A DNA stretch of 64,000 nt from Cetorhinus maximus (taxonomy: Eukaryota), in the NCBI RefSeq assembly GCF_964194155.1, contig NC_135901.1, positions 22,258,001 to 22,322,000 of the forward strand, given 5' to 3'. Within the stretch, counting starts at the first letter, position 1. Each line of letters begins with the position of its first letter. Under the pieces are notes generated by a model that made no database searches, was not told the origin of the DNA, and saw only the letters and a list, made by a program, of their open reading frames with translations. Shown here piece after piece: positions 34,121-45,044 of this stretch. Position numbers and translations under genes: made by a program.

Positions 34121-34454
34121 ATGAAGCTCTGAAATTCCCTCCCTAAACCTCTCGGCCACTCTCCTGATTAAAGATGCTTGTTGCAATGTGCCTCTCGAAT
34201 CCAGCTTTTGGCCATCGACCTTAATATCGCCCTGAGTGACTCGGTGTCTAATTCTGCTTTATGAAACTCCTCTGAAGCACCTTGCAAAGTTTTATTACAA
34301 CAAACATGTTCTATAAATACAAGTTACTACTGTTTCATGACAATCAGTTTGCACAAGGTAAGATTCCAACAACAGCGATTAGATGAATAACCAATTAGTC
34401 AAGTTTTTTTGGTGCTTTTAGTTAAAGCACAAATGTTGGTCCCACTGCACCAGG

Positions 34455-35220
34455 AGAAGGAAGAATGAGGAGAGGCTGTATAAACTAAATGGAAACTTTT
34501 TTAAACAGAATGCAGGAACAGAGTGACATGGGAGTGTAAGTGAACAAATCCTAGAACACGACAGGAAAAGTTGATCAAACTGTTTGACAAAAGCTAATGG
34601 GGACCTTGGATTTATCAATAGAGGCATGGAGTAAAAAAGCAAGTCAGTTATCCAGTATCTTTATAAACCTGGGGTTAATCCTAAATTGAAATATTGTGTT
34701 CAATTCTGAGTCCCACACTTTAGGAAAGATGTCAAAACCTTAGAGAGGATGTAAGGATATTTACCGGAATGGTTAATAGGGATGAGGGGTTTCCGTTACG
34801 TGGAGAGATTGGAGAAGCTGGGATTGTTCTCTTTAGAGCAGAGAGGTTAGGGAGTGATTTCATAGCAATGTTGATACTTTTAGGAGTTTTCTGCTGCTTA
34901 GGGAGAAATTGTTTCCATTGGCAGGATGGTCAGTGACCACAGAACACAGGTTCAAAATAATTGGCAAAAGTCCAAAATGAAGATGAGGGGAGAGTATTTT
35001 AATCAGAGAGTTATCATGATCAGGAACACACTGTTTGAATGACTGGTAGAAGCAGATCCAATAGTAACGATAAAAAATGATTTGGACTTTTACTTAATAA
35101 GGAAAGATTTGGAGGGCTATCGGAAAAGAGCAGGGGAGTGGGACAGATTGGTAACATTCTCAGAGACAATACAGGCACAATGGGCTGAATGGCCGCCATC
35201 CGTGCTCTGTGGTTCTATCA
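34455..35220 (+). mobile_element. Old CR1 3' fragment
   Basis: Degraded LKYCVQF*VPHFRKD and ERLEKLGLFSLEQR; 3' end atgggctgaatggcc. Confidence 0.75.
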
Positions 35221-35314
35221 TATTGTCTTTACTATGAATCATTATATTATTATAGATCATAGAAGCCTGAATAGGACAGCAGAGAAAGAGGCTCCCACCA
35301 TTGGCCTCTCACCT

Positions 35315-37395
35315 GACCTACCACTGTGCTAAATGGGATAGATTTCGAACAGATCTAATAACTCAAGACTGGGCATCCATGAGGCACTGTGGGCCATCTG
35401 CAGCAGCAGAATTGTACTCGAAAACAATCTGTAACCTCATGGTCCGGCATATCCCTCGCTCTACCATTACCACCAAGTCAGGGGATCAACTCTGGTTGAA
35501 TGAAGAGTGCAGGAGGGCATGTAAGGAGCAGCACAGGCATACCTAAAAATGAGGTGTCAACCTGGTGAAGCTGCAACACAGGACTACTTGCGTGTCCAAC
35601 AGCTTAAGCAGCAAGTGATAGGCGGAGATAAGAGATGCCACAACCAATGGATCAGATTTATGCTCTGCAGTCCTGTCACATCCAGTCATGAATGGTGGTG
35701 GATAATTAAACAACTCACCGGAGGAGGAGGTCCCACAAACATCCCTATTCTCAATGATGGAGGAGCCCAGCACATCAGTGCAAAAGATAATGTTGAAGTG
35801 TTCACAACAGTCTTCAGTCAGAAGTGCCGAGTGGATGATTCATCTTGGCCTCCTCCAGAGGTCCCAGCCTCACAGATGCCAGTCTTCACCCAATTTGATT
35901 CACTCCACGTGATATCAAGGAATGGCAGAAGGCAATGGATACGGCAAAGGCTATGGGCCCTGACAATATTCCGGAAAGAGTACTGAAGACTTGTGCTCCA
36001 GAACTTCCAGTGCCCCTACCCAAGCTGTTCCAGTCCAGCTACAACACTGGCATCTACATGGCAATGTGGAAAACTGGGCAGGTATGTCCTGTATACAAAA
36101 AGCAGGACAAATCCAACTTGGCCAATTACCACCCCATCAGTCATTCACAATCATTAGTAAAGTGACGGAATGGGCATCAACAGTGCTATCGAGCAGTGGT
36201 TGCTTAGCAATAACCTGCTCAATGACACTCGGTTTGTGTTTCGCCAGGGTCACTCAACTTCTGACTTCATTACAGCCTTGGTTCAAACATGGACAAAAGA
36301 GCTGAACTCCAGAGGTGAGATGAGAGTGACTGCCCTTGACATCCAGGCAGCATTTGACTGAGTGTGGCATCAAGGCTGGAAGCTGGAATTAAAGGGAATC
36401 AGGGGGAAAACTCTCCCTGGTTGGAGTCATACCTAACACAAAGGAAGGTGGATGTGCTTGTTGGAAGTCAATTATCTCACTCCCAGGACATCACTGTAGG
36501 AGCTCCTCAGAGTAGTGTCCTTGGCCCAACCATCTTCAGCTGCTTCATCAATGACCTTCCTTCCATCATAAGGTTAGAAGTGGGGATGTTTGCTGATGAT
36601 TGCACAATGTTCAGCACCATTCGCGGTTCCTAATTACTGAAGCAGTCCATGTCCAAATGCAGCAAGACCTGGACAACATCCAGGCTTGGGCTGACAAGTG
36701 GCAAGTAACATGTCCAGCACACAAGTCTCAGGCAATGACTATCTCCAACAAGAGGGAATTTAACCATTGCCCCTTGACACTCAGTGGAATTACCATCGCT
36801 GAATCCCCCATTATCAACAGCCTGGGGGTTACCATTGACCAGAAACTGAACTGGATTAGCCATATAAATACTGTGGCTACAAGACCAGGTCAGAGGTTAG
36901 GAATTCTGTGGCGAGTAACTCACCTCATGACTCCCCAAAACCTGTCCACAATCTGCAAGGCACAAGTCAGGAGTGTGATGGAATACTCTCCACAAGCAGC
37001 GCCAACAACACTCAAGAAGCTTGACACCATCCAGGACAAAGCAGCCAGCTTGATTGGCACCACTTCCACAAACATTCACTCCCTCCACCACCGATGAACA
37101 TTGGCAGCAGTCAGTACCATCTACAAGATGCACTGCGGAAATTCACCAAGGCTCCTTGGACAGCACCTTACAAACGCACGACTACTCACCATCCTGACTT
37201 GGAAATATATCATCATTCCTTCACTGTCGCTGGGTCAAAATCCTGGAACTCTCTCCCAAACAGCACTGTGGGTGTACCTACACCACAGGGATTGCAGCTG
37301 TTCAAGAAGGCAGCTCATCACCACCTTCTCAAGGGCAGTTAGGGATGGGCAATAGTTGTTAGTCCAGCCAGTGACGTCCTGCATCCTGCAAGTGA
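35315..37395 (+). mobile_element. Non-LTR retrotransposon ORF2 remnant (separate family; clade not resolved)
   Basis: KAMGPDNIP, PVYKKQDKSNLANYHPIS, ALDIQAAFD, GAPQSSVLGP and MFADD; many frameshifts. Its 3' end recurs in reverse at 37950-38035. Confidence 0.85.
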
Positions 37396-37404
37396 GTAAA
37401 GGAA

Positions 37405-37655
37405 ATGCTCCGAGCCAATAGGAAGAGGGGGCAGGGCTGGAGTACCGATTGGCTGCCCCGTGGTCCTCCAGCCAATCGGAGTAAATGAGGGGGCGGGGCT
37501 GAGCCCAGATTTGCGTCATTGGCTGGGACTCTGCATCATTTTGAAAGCTGATTTGTCTCAAACTCCAGGAGAGAACTGGACCTTCCTGTTTGTGGCTTTG
37601 TACAGATGAAACCCTGTGGGTGTGGAGCAAACATTTCAACATTTGTTAGTGAAAT
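37405..37655 (-). promoter_or_regulatory. Orphan ZNF promoter module, copy 3 (reverse orientation)
   Basis: Reverse complement of 16690-16940 (ccaat, ggggcgggg, attgg); its downstream part is replaced by a LINE. Confidence 0.65.
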
Positions 37656-38049
37656 GGATTGATTCGGGACAGACAGCAGGGATAATATGAGGTAATAACA
37701 CAGTGTAGTGAGAAAGGAAATTCAATGGCAGGATTGAGGAGCTGGGACTTGTAACTGAAGATTTGAGAACTGAAATAATCTGGAGTAAGAAAGGAGAAAT
37801 TACAAGAAACTGAATAATCAGCAACAGGACATCAATTGGTCTCTTATCAAAGAGAAATCAACAATTCATTCCAACTAATCAATAATCTCCAACTGTCAGG
37901 GTGAACATGGTTCATTCCTGAATGTGATTTCTCTCTTTATTCTTCAATGGAATATGGGCATCCTGACAAGGCCAGCATTTGTTGCCCATCCCTAATTAAC
38001 CTTGAGAAGGTGCTGGTGAGCCACCTTCTTGAATATAGCTGAGTGACTT

Positions 38050-41000
38050 CACAGAATCACAGAATCATACAGTGCAGAAGAAGCCTTTTGGCCTATCAAG
38101 TCTGCACCGACACATGAAAAACACCTGACCTACCTAACTGATCCCATTTACCAGTGCTTGGCCCATAGCATTGAATGTTATGACGTGCCAAGTGCTCATC
38201 CAGGTACTTTTTAAAGGATGTGAGGCAACCTGCCTCCACCACCCTCCCAGGCAGCGCATTCCAGACCGTCACCACCCTCTGGGTAAAAAAGTTTTTCCTC
38301 ACATCCCCTGCTAAACCTCCTGCCCCTCACCTTGAACTTATGTCGCCTTGTGACTGACCCTTCAACTAGGAGAAAAGCTGCTCCCTATGCACCCTGTCCA
38401 TGCCCCTCATAATCTTGTACACCTCGAGCAGGTCGCCCCTCAGTCTCCTCTGCTCCAACAAAAACAACCCAAGTCTATCCAACCTCTCTTCATAACTTAA
38501 ATGTTTCATCCCAGACACCATCCTGATGAATCTCCTCTGCATCCCCTCCAGTGCAATCACACCCTTCCTATAATTTGGCGACCAGAACTGCACACAGCAC
38601 TCCAGCTGTGGCCTCACCAAGGTTCTATACAACTCCAACATGACGTCCCTACTTTTTTAATCTATGCCTTGGTTAATAAAGGCAAGTGTCCCATATGCCT
38701 TTTTCACCACCCCACTAACATGCCCCTCTGCCTTCAGAGATCTATGGACACACACACCAAGGTCCCTTTGTTCCTCAGAACTTCCTAGTGTCATGCCATT
38801 CATTGAATACTTCCTTGTCAATTTACTCCTCACACTTTTCAGGGTTAAATTCCATCTGCCACTTATCAGCCCATTTGACCATCCCGTCTATATCTTCCCG
38901 TAGCCCAAGACACTCAACCTCACTGTTAACCACCTGGCCAATCTTTGTGTCATCTGCAACCTTACTAATTCTACCTCCCACATAGTCATCTATGTCATTT
39001 ACATAAATGACAAATAATAGGGGACCCAGGACAGATCCCTGTAGTACGCCTCTGGATACTGGATTCCAGTCACTAAAGCATCTTTCTGTCATCACCCTCT
39101 GCCTCCTACAACTAAGCCAATTTTGAATCCACCTTATCAAATTACCCTGTATCCCATGTGCATTTGCCTTCTTTATAAGTCTCCCATGTGGGACCTTGTC
39201 AAAGGCTTTGCTGAAATCCATATAAACTACATCAACTGCACTACCCTCATCTACACACCTGGTCACCTCCTCAAAAAATTCAATCAAATTTGTTAGGCAT
39301 GACCTCCCTCTGACAAAGCCATGCTGACTATCTCTGATCAAACTTTGCCTCTCCAAGTGGAGATAGATTCTCCCCTTCAGAATTTTCTCCAATGGTTTCC
39401 CTATCACTGACGTGAGACTCACTGGCCTGTAATTCCCTGACATATCTCTGCAACCCTTCTTAAATAGCGGAACCACATTAGCTGTTCTCCTGTCCTCTGG
39501 CATCTCCCCCATGGCCAGAGAGGAATTAAAAATTCGGGTCAGAACCCCTGCGATCTCCCCCCTTGCCTCCCTCAGCAGCCTGGGACACAAATCATCCAGA
39601 CCTGGAGATTTATCCACTTTTAAACCTGCCAACACCTCCAATACCTTGTCACTCCCTATATCAAGTTGCTCAAGAACCTCGCAGTCTCTCTCCCCGAGTT
39701 TGATACCTTCATCCTCATTCTCTTGGGTGAAGACAGATGTGAAACATTCATTCAACACTCTAGCGATGTCATCTGGCTCCACCCATAGATTTACCCCTTG
39801 GTCCCTTATGGGGCCTACTCTTTCCCTGGTTATCCTCTTCCCATTGATATACTTATAGAATATCTTGGGATTTCCCCCACTTTTACCAGCCAGCGCTTTC
39901 TCATATCCCCTCTTTGCTATCCTAATTGCTTTCTTAAGCTCCACCCTGCACATTCTGTACTCCACTAATGCCTCCGCTGATTTACTTCCCTTGTACCTGC
40001 TAAAAGCCTCTCTTTTCCTTCTCATCATAGCCTGAATATCTCTGGTTATACATGGTTCTCTAGGCTTGTTACTCCTTCTTATCACCCTAGAGGGAACATG
40101 TTGAGTCTGTACCCTCCCCATTTCCTGTTTGAATGCCCCCCACTGCTCCTCTGTAGATTTCCCCACAAGTAACTGTTCCCAGTCTACCTTGGCCAGATCC
40201 TGCCTTATTTTACTAAAATCCACTCTCCCCCAATCCAAAACATTTTTTTGTAACTTGTCTATTTCTTTGTCCATAACAAACTTAAACTGTATCATGGGAA
40301 TCTACTATGAGGGGTAGACGAAGTGAGAGATCTTGGCGTACAAGTACACATGTCCCTGAAGGCAGCAGTACAAATAGACAAGGTTGTAAAGAAGGCATAT
40401 TGAATGCTCTCCTTCATTGGCAGAGTTATAAAATATAAAAGTAAGGATATTATGTTGGAATTGTATAAAACACTGGTGAGGCCACAACTGGAGTATTGTG
40501 TGCAGTTCTGGTCACCACATTACAGGAAGGACTTAATAGCTCTGGAGAGAGTGTAGAGGAGGTTTACAAGAATGTTGCCAGGGTTAGAAAAGTTTGGCTA
40601 CGAGGAGAGATTGGATAGGTTGGGGTTATTTTCCTTCGAACAAAGAAGGCTGAGAGATGACTTGATCGAGGTGCACAAAATTATGAGGGGAATAGATAGA
40701 GTGGACAGGATAAAATTGTTTCCCTTGGAGGAGAGTTCTAGAACCAGGGGACATAGATTCAAAATAAGTGGCACAAGGTGTAGTGGGGATATGAGGAAGA
40801 ACTTTTTATGCAGAGGGTAGTGGGTGTCTGGAATTCACTACCCAAGCTGATGGTAGAGGCAGAAACTCTAAACTCTTTTAAAAAGTACCAGGATCTGCAC
40901 CTTAAGTGCTGTTAGCTGCAGGACTATGGGCCGAGTGCAGGAAGGTGGGATTAGAAAGGGCACCTGGGTGTCCTCAGGCTGGCATGGACAAGATGGGCCG

Positions 41001-41485
41001 AATGGCCTCCTTCTGTGCCGTCCTTTTCTATGGTTCTATGTTGTGGTTGCTATCACTAAAATGCTCCCCCACCAACACCTCAGCCACCTGTCTGGCTTCA
41101 TTTTCCAGAATTAGGTCCAGCACTGCGCCATCCCTTGCTGGACCCTCTACATATTGACCTAACTACACATTTCAAAAAATCCACTCCATCCAAGCCCTTA
41201 ACACTATATCTATCCCAATTAATGTTGGGAAAGTTGAAATCACCTAATATAATTACCCGATTGTTATTGTTTTTACACACCTCCGCAAATTGTACACATA
41301 TTTGCTCCTCAATTTCCCACTTACTATCTGGGGGTCTATAATAAACACCTAACAATGTGGCTGCCCCTTTTTTATTCCTAAGCTCTACCCACAAAGCTTC
41401 ATTTGATGCCTCCTCCAAGATATCATCTCTCCTTACTGAAGTAACTGACTCCTTAACTAATAATGCAACGCCTCCTCCTCTTCTT
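38050..41485 (-). mobile_element. CR1 LINE ORF2, interrupted by an opposite-strand CR1
   Basis: 490-aa RT ORF at 38823-40295 and endonuclease ORF at 41098-41418 (GVYYRPP, GDFNFP); near-identical to 17480-20150. Confidence 0.95.
40296..41040 (+). mobile_element. CR1 3' fragment nested in CR1
   Basis: LPGLEKFGYEERLDRLG and tail ttctatggttctatg. The host sequence aaactgt|tgtgg is uninterrupted at ~19715. Confidence 0.9.
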
Positions 41486-41685
41486 CACCCAATTTAAAGG
41501 GCAGTTAAGAGTGAACCACATTGCTCTGGGTCTGGAGTCACGTGTAGGCCAAACTGGGTATGGATAGCATATTTCCTTCCCTGAAGGACATTAGTGAATC
41601 AGGTGGGGTTTAGAACGATTTTTGATAGTTGTCATGGTCACCATTGCTTAGTCTAGATTTATATTCTAGATATATCAATTCAGAA

Positions 41686-41780
41686 CTGAGGAAGAAGTCA
41701 TATTGGACTCGAAACATTAAATCTGTTTCTCTCTCCACAGATGCTGCCAGACCTACTGAGTTTTTTCAGCATTTTCTGTA
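41686..41780 (+). mobile_element. Penelope terminal-repeat fragment starting at a hammerhead core (CUGAGGA..GAAAC)
   Basis: CTGAGGAagaagtcatattggactcGAAACatt followed by cagatgctgccagacct. Confidence 0.65.
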
Positions 41781-41789
41781 GATGAGGCT

Positions 41790-42310
41790 GGATGCACAAG
41801 TGAATCCTTTCCAATGTATGGAGCAGATGAACTGCATCTCCCTGGTGGAAAGGACGTTTCCTCTTGTAGATGAGTCCAGAACTAGGGAGCACTGTTTTAA
41901 AATTAGGGGTCACCCATTTAAAACGGAGATGAGGCAAAAAAAATTTCTCCCAGAGGGTCGTGAGTCGATGGAACTCTCTTCCTGAAAAGATGGTGGAAGC
42001 AGAGTTTTTGAATATTTTTAAGGCAGAGGTGGATAGATTCTTGGGAAGCAAGGGAGTGATAGATTATTGGGAGTAGGCAGGATGCAGATTTCAGGCTACA
42101 ATCAGATCAGCCATGATCTTATTGAATGGCAGAGCAGGCTCGATAAGCTGAATGGCCTATCCTGCTCCTTGTTCGTATGTTTGTTCATATGCCTCATAAG
42201 GCAGTGGAGGCAGGGTCACTGAGTACTTTTAAGCCTGAGGTAGATATATGCTTGTTAGGCAAGGGAATCAATAGTTATTGGGGGTCGATGGGAATGTGGA
42301 ACTTGAAACA
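41790..42310 (+). mobile_element. CR1 3' fragments
   Basis: FPLVDESRTREHCFKIRGHPFKTEMR; 3' end as at 26560-26755. Confidence 0.8.
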
Positions 42311-42339
42311 CCGTCCAAGGGCCTAAACACTCCTCTCAA

Positions 42340-42669
42340 GTGAAGCAGCACTTCACTTGCACTTCCCTCAATTTAGTCTACTGCATTCGCTGCTCCCAAT
42401 GCGGTTTCCTCTACATTGAAGAGACCAAATGCAGACTGGGTGACCGCTTTGCGGAACACCTTCGGTCTGTCTGCAAGCATGACCCAGACCTCCCTGTCGC
42501 TTGCCATTTCAACACTCCACCCTGCTCTCGTGCCCACATGTCCATCCTTGGCCTGCTGCAATGTTCCAGTGAAGCTCAACGCAAACTGGAGGAACAGCAC
42601 CTCATCTTCCGACTAGGCACTTTACAGCCTTCCGGACTGAATATTGAGTTCAACAACTTCAGATCATGA
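42340..42669 (+). pseudogene. Penelope GIY-YIG endonuclease domain (5'-truncated ORF)
   Basis: FTCTSLNLVYCIRCSQCGFLYIEET..RLGDRFAEH..VACHFN..RKLEEQHLIFRLGTLQPSGLN. Confidence 0.88.
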
Positions 42670-43040
42670 ACTCTCTCCTCCATCCCCACCCCCTTTCCAA
42701 TTCCCCTTTTTCCAATAATTTATATATATTTTTCTTTTCCCACCTATTTCCATTATTTTTAAATGTATTTCCATCCATTGTTTTATCTCTACCTTTTAGC
42801 CTATTTCGATCCCTTCCCCCACCCCCACTAGGGCTATCTGTACCTTGCTCATCCTGCTTTCTACCCTTCATGTCACCATTAGCACATATCTTAGCTAATA
42901 TCACCACCTTCAACACCTCTTTGTCCTTTGTCTATGACATCTTTTGGCCATCTCCACCTATCACTGGCCCTCTATTCAGCTCTACCAGTCCCACCCCACC
43001 TCAAATCAGCTTATATTTCACCTCTTTTCTATTTTTCCTT

Positions 43041-43079
43041 AGTTCTAATGAAGAGTCATTCGGACTCGAAACGTTAACT
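43041..43079 (+). ncRNA. Minimal type-I hammerhead ribozyme motif (core variant CUAAUGA)
   Basis: agtt-CTAATGA-a-gagtc-attcg-gactc-GAAAC-GTT-aact. Confidence 0.75.
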
Positions 43080-43554
43080 GTATCCCTCTCCGCAGATGCT
43101 GTCAGACCTGCTGAGTTTTTCCAGGTATTTTTGTTCTTGTTTTGGATTTCCAGCATCTGCAGTTTTTTGCTTTTACCTAGGTGCATCGGTTGTTCTGTTT
43201 CTGGACTCAGTGTTCTCTGTAATTCTGTGTCATCTCCTCCCAACTCCTGATCAGTATATTCCACATCCACCTTGTACTGCACATGCTCAGAGTACAACCC
43301 GGTGCTGAGTAATCACACTGGGCTCCTGTAGTCATTGATGGGGCACATTCTGGCCACTTGAGAAATAGTGCATTATATCACCATCACGGAAAACCAATTG
43401 GTTAACAGAATTTTTTGTCAACAAATTGAGATTGGATCAAATGGCCTGTTTCTGTAATGAAATCCTACAGGGTAGAGGTGGATTAATACTCAGGTCTATG
43501 CAGTTGCGGCCCAAGAGGTGAATTACTACTCAGGCTATGAAACTCCCCACCATA

Positions 43555-44145
43555 AACCCAGCACCAACTCCATCCCCCTCCTTGCCATACTGTGAGGCTG
43601 GACCAGACAAATTGCAACCTTCGCCTCCTATTTGAACCTGAGCTGAGTATCATGCTACCAACAACATATCCTCTCTATCACTAAGATCACCTGCTTCCAG
43701 CTCTGTCATATCAATTGTCTCCATCCCACCTGAGCCAATTTGCTGCTGAAATCTTCATCCATGCCTTTGTTACCTCCAGTTTCGGCTATTCCAATGCTCT
43801 CTTGATTAGTCTCCCATCTTCCACCCTCCATAAACTTATGCTCATCCAAAACTCTTCTGGGTGGACTGCAGTTTAGTGGGAATGAGCAGAAAGTGTGTCT
43901 CATGGACAAGTTGAGCTCATGAAAGTATAAAGGGAAGTAGGAGAGAAACTAAAGAAAGATGCTTGTTCAGAGCTAGGGCTGGTCAGATCTGGAGAAGCAG
44001 TTTGGCCCAGTGGACGAGTGAAAAGGAGGAAAGCGGCAGAGGCAGCTGATCAGATGGTCTCAATCTTGGAACAAGGAAGTGAATCAGCTCCTTGCATTTG
44101 TCATTGGAGGTGAGGATGGAGGAGACAGGGGAGAGGGAAAGCACT
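43555..44145. mobile_element. L2 fragments (plus-strand 43555-43860, minus-strand 43860-44145)
   Basis: Similar to 32840-33000 (tgctgctgaaa...catccatgcc...gttacct) and to the reverse of 32140-32300. Confidence 0.6.
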
Positions 44146-44552
44146 TCAAAAGGAACTAACTTGCATTGGAGATATTAAAATGACTCATCATTCCATCTGT
44201 TTAACACAAAATGTATTTATATGGCTTTTATCCAGAATATTGACACATATAACTGAGAGTTTCTTAACTTTAGCAGAAACAGATCCGAATACTATATTTG
44301 CTATGAGATGAGGGATGGAGAGATTTCAGGAAGACCAATACAACATGAAGATTGATCGTGGTAGTTTACATTACTGGAAGTAAGCTTCTTAACAAGTGAC
44401 CCCTCTTGCTTTACTTTATTCAACATGTATATGAATATGAAACCAGTTATATGGTTATTAACAACAGCAGCAACAACCCCAACTGTAAACTTAACTCAGC
44501 CCTCAGTTCAGAGGATTAGCAGCAGAAATAAGAACAGAATCCAGGGCTTGCA

Positions 44553-44825
44553 GTCACTTGTGAATTCATTGATAATCTATCATCTCAGCAGGGTAGATGA
44601 TAGATTAAATGGCTTCCCACATACGGATCATGTAAAAGGCTTCTCCCGAGTGTGAGTGCGCTGGTGCCTCAGCAGTTCCCTTTTGTATTTAAAGCTCTTG
44701 TCATAGTCAGGACATTTAAATGTTCTCTTATCAGTGTGAACAAGCTGGAGTGAAATGAGGGTGCTTGACCGAATGAATCCCATCCCACACTAGGAGCAGA
44801 TGAATGGCCTCTCCCCAGTGTGAAC
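44553..44825 (-). pseudogene. Decayed ZNF 3' end (about 3 fingers) with conserved HK* trailer
   Basis: The reverse strand has [12 protein letters not shown] and HQRTHTREKPF; gcagtcacttgtgaa and the trailer match ZNF-A 2040-2080. Confidence 0.75.
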
Positions 44826-45044
44826 AGGTGAAGCAAAGTAGAAGGTCAGGACAGATGGGAGCCAAGGATAAATTTGACAAGACGTCATGGACACAAGACA
44901 GTGTGAGTGTTAATGGTTATGTTTGAGTTTTGGTGAACACCTTGTCAAACACCAGGAGGGTAATGGAAAACAGTGAAGGTGAACATGGTGAAAGAGCCAA
45001 AAGGAAATCCTGTCAGCGAGAAGACCTTCTCTGTAACCTGTCTT

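Larger units (their letters stand above)
32095..34330 (+). mobile_element. L2 LINE fragments hosting two Tx1 pieces
   Basis: ggtgttccccaaggatct (GVPQGS), a degenerate YADD region, LTDLHWLLVK..FKI and the L2-type 3' region gctctgaaattccctccctaaacctctc. Confidence 0.75.
42313..43177 (+). mobile_element. Penelope-like element 3' part (GIY-YIG endonuclease, UTR, terminal repeat)
   Basis: GIY-YIG ORF remnant, pyrimidine-rich UTR, hammerhead motif and cagatgctg...gacctgctgag tail. Confidence 0.9.
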
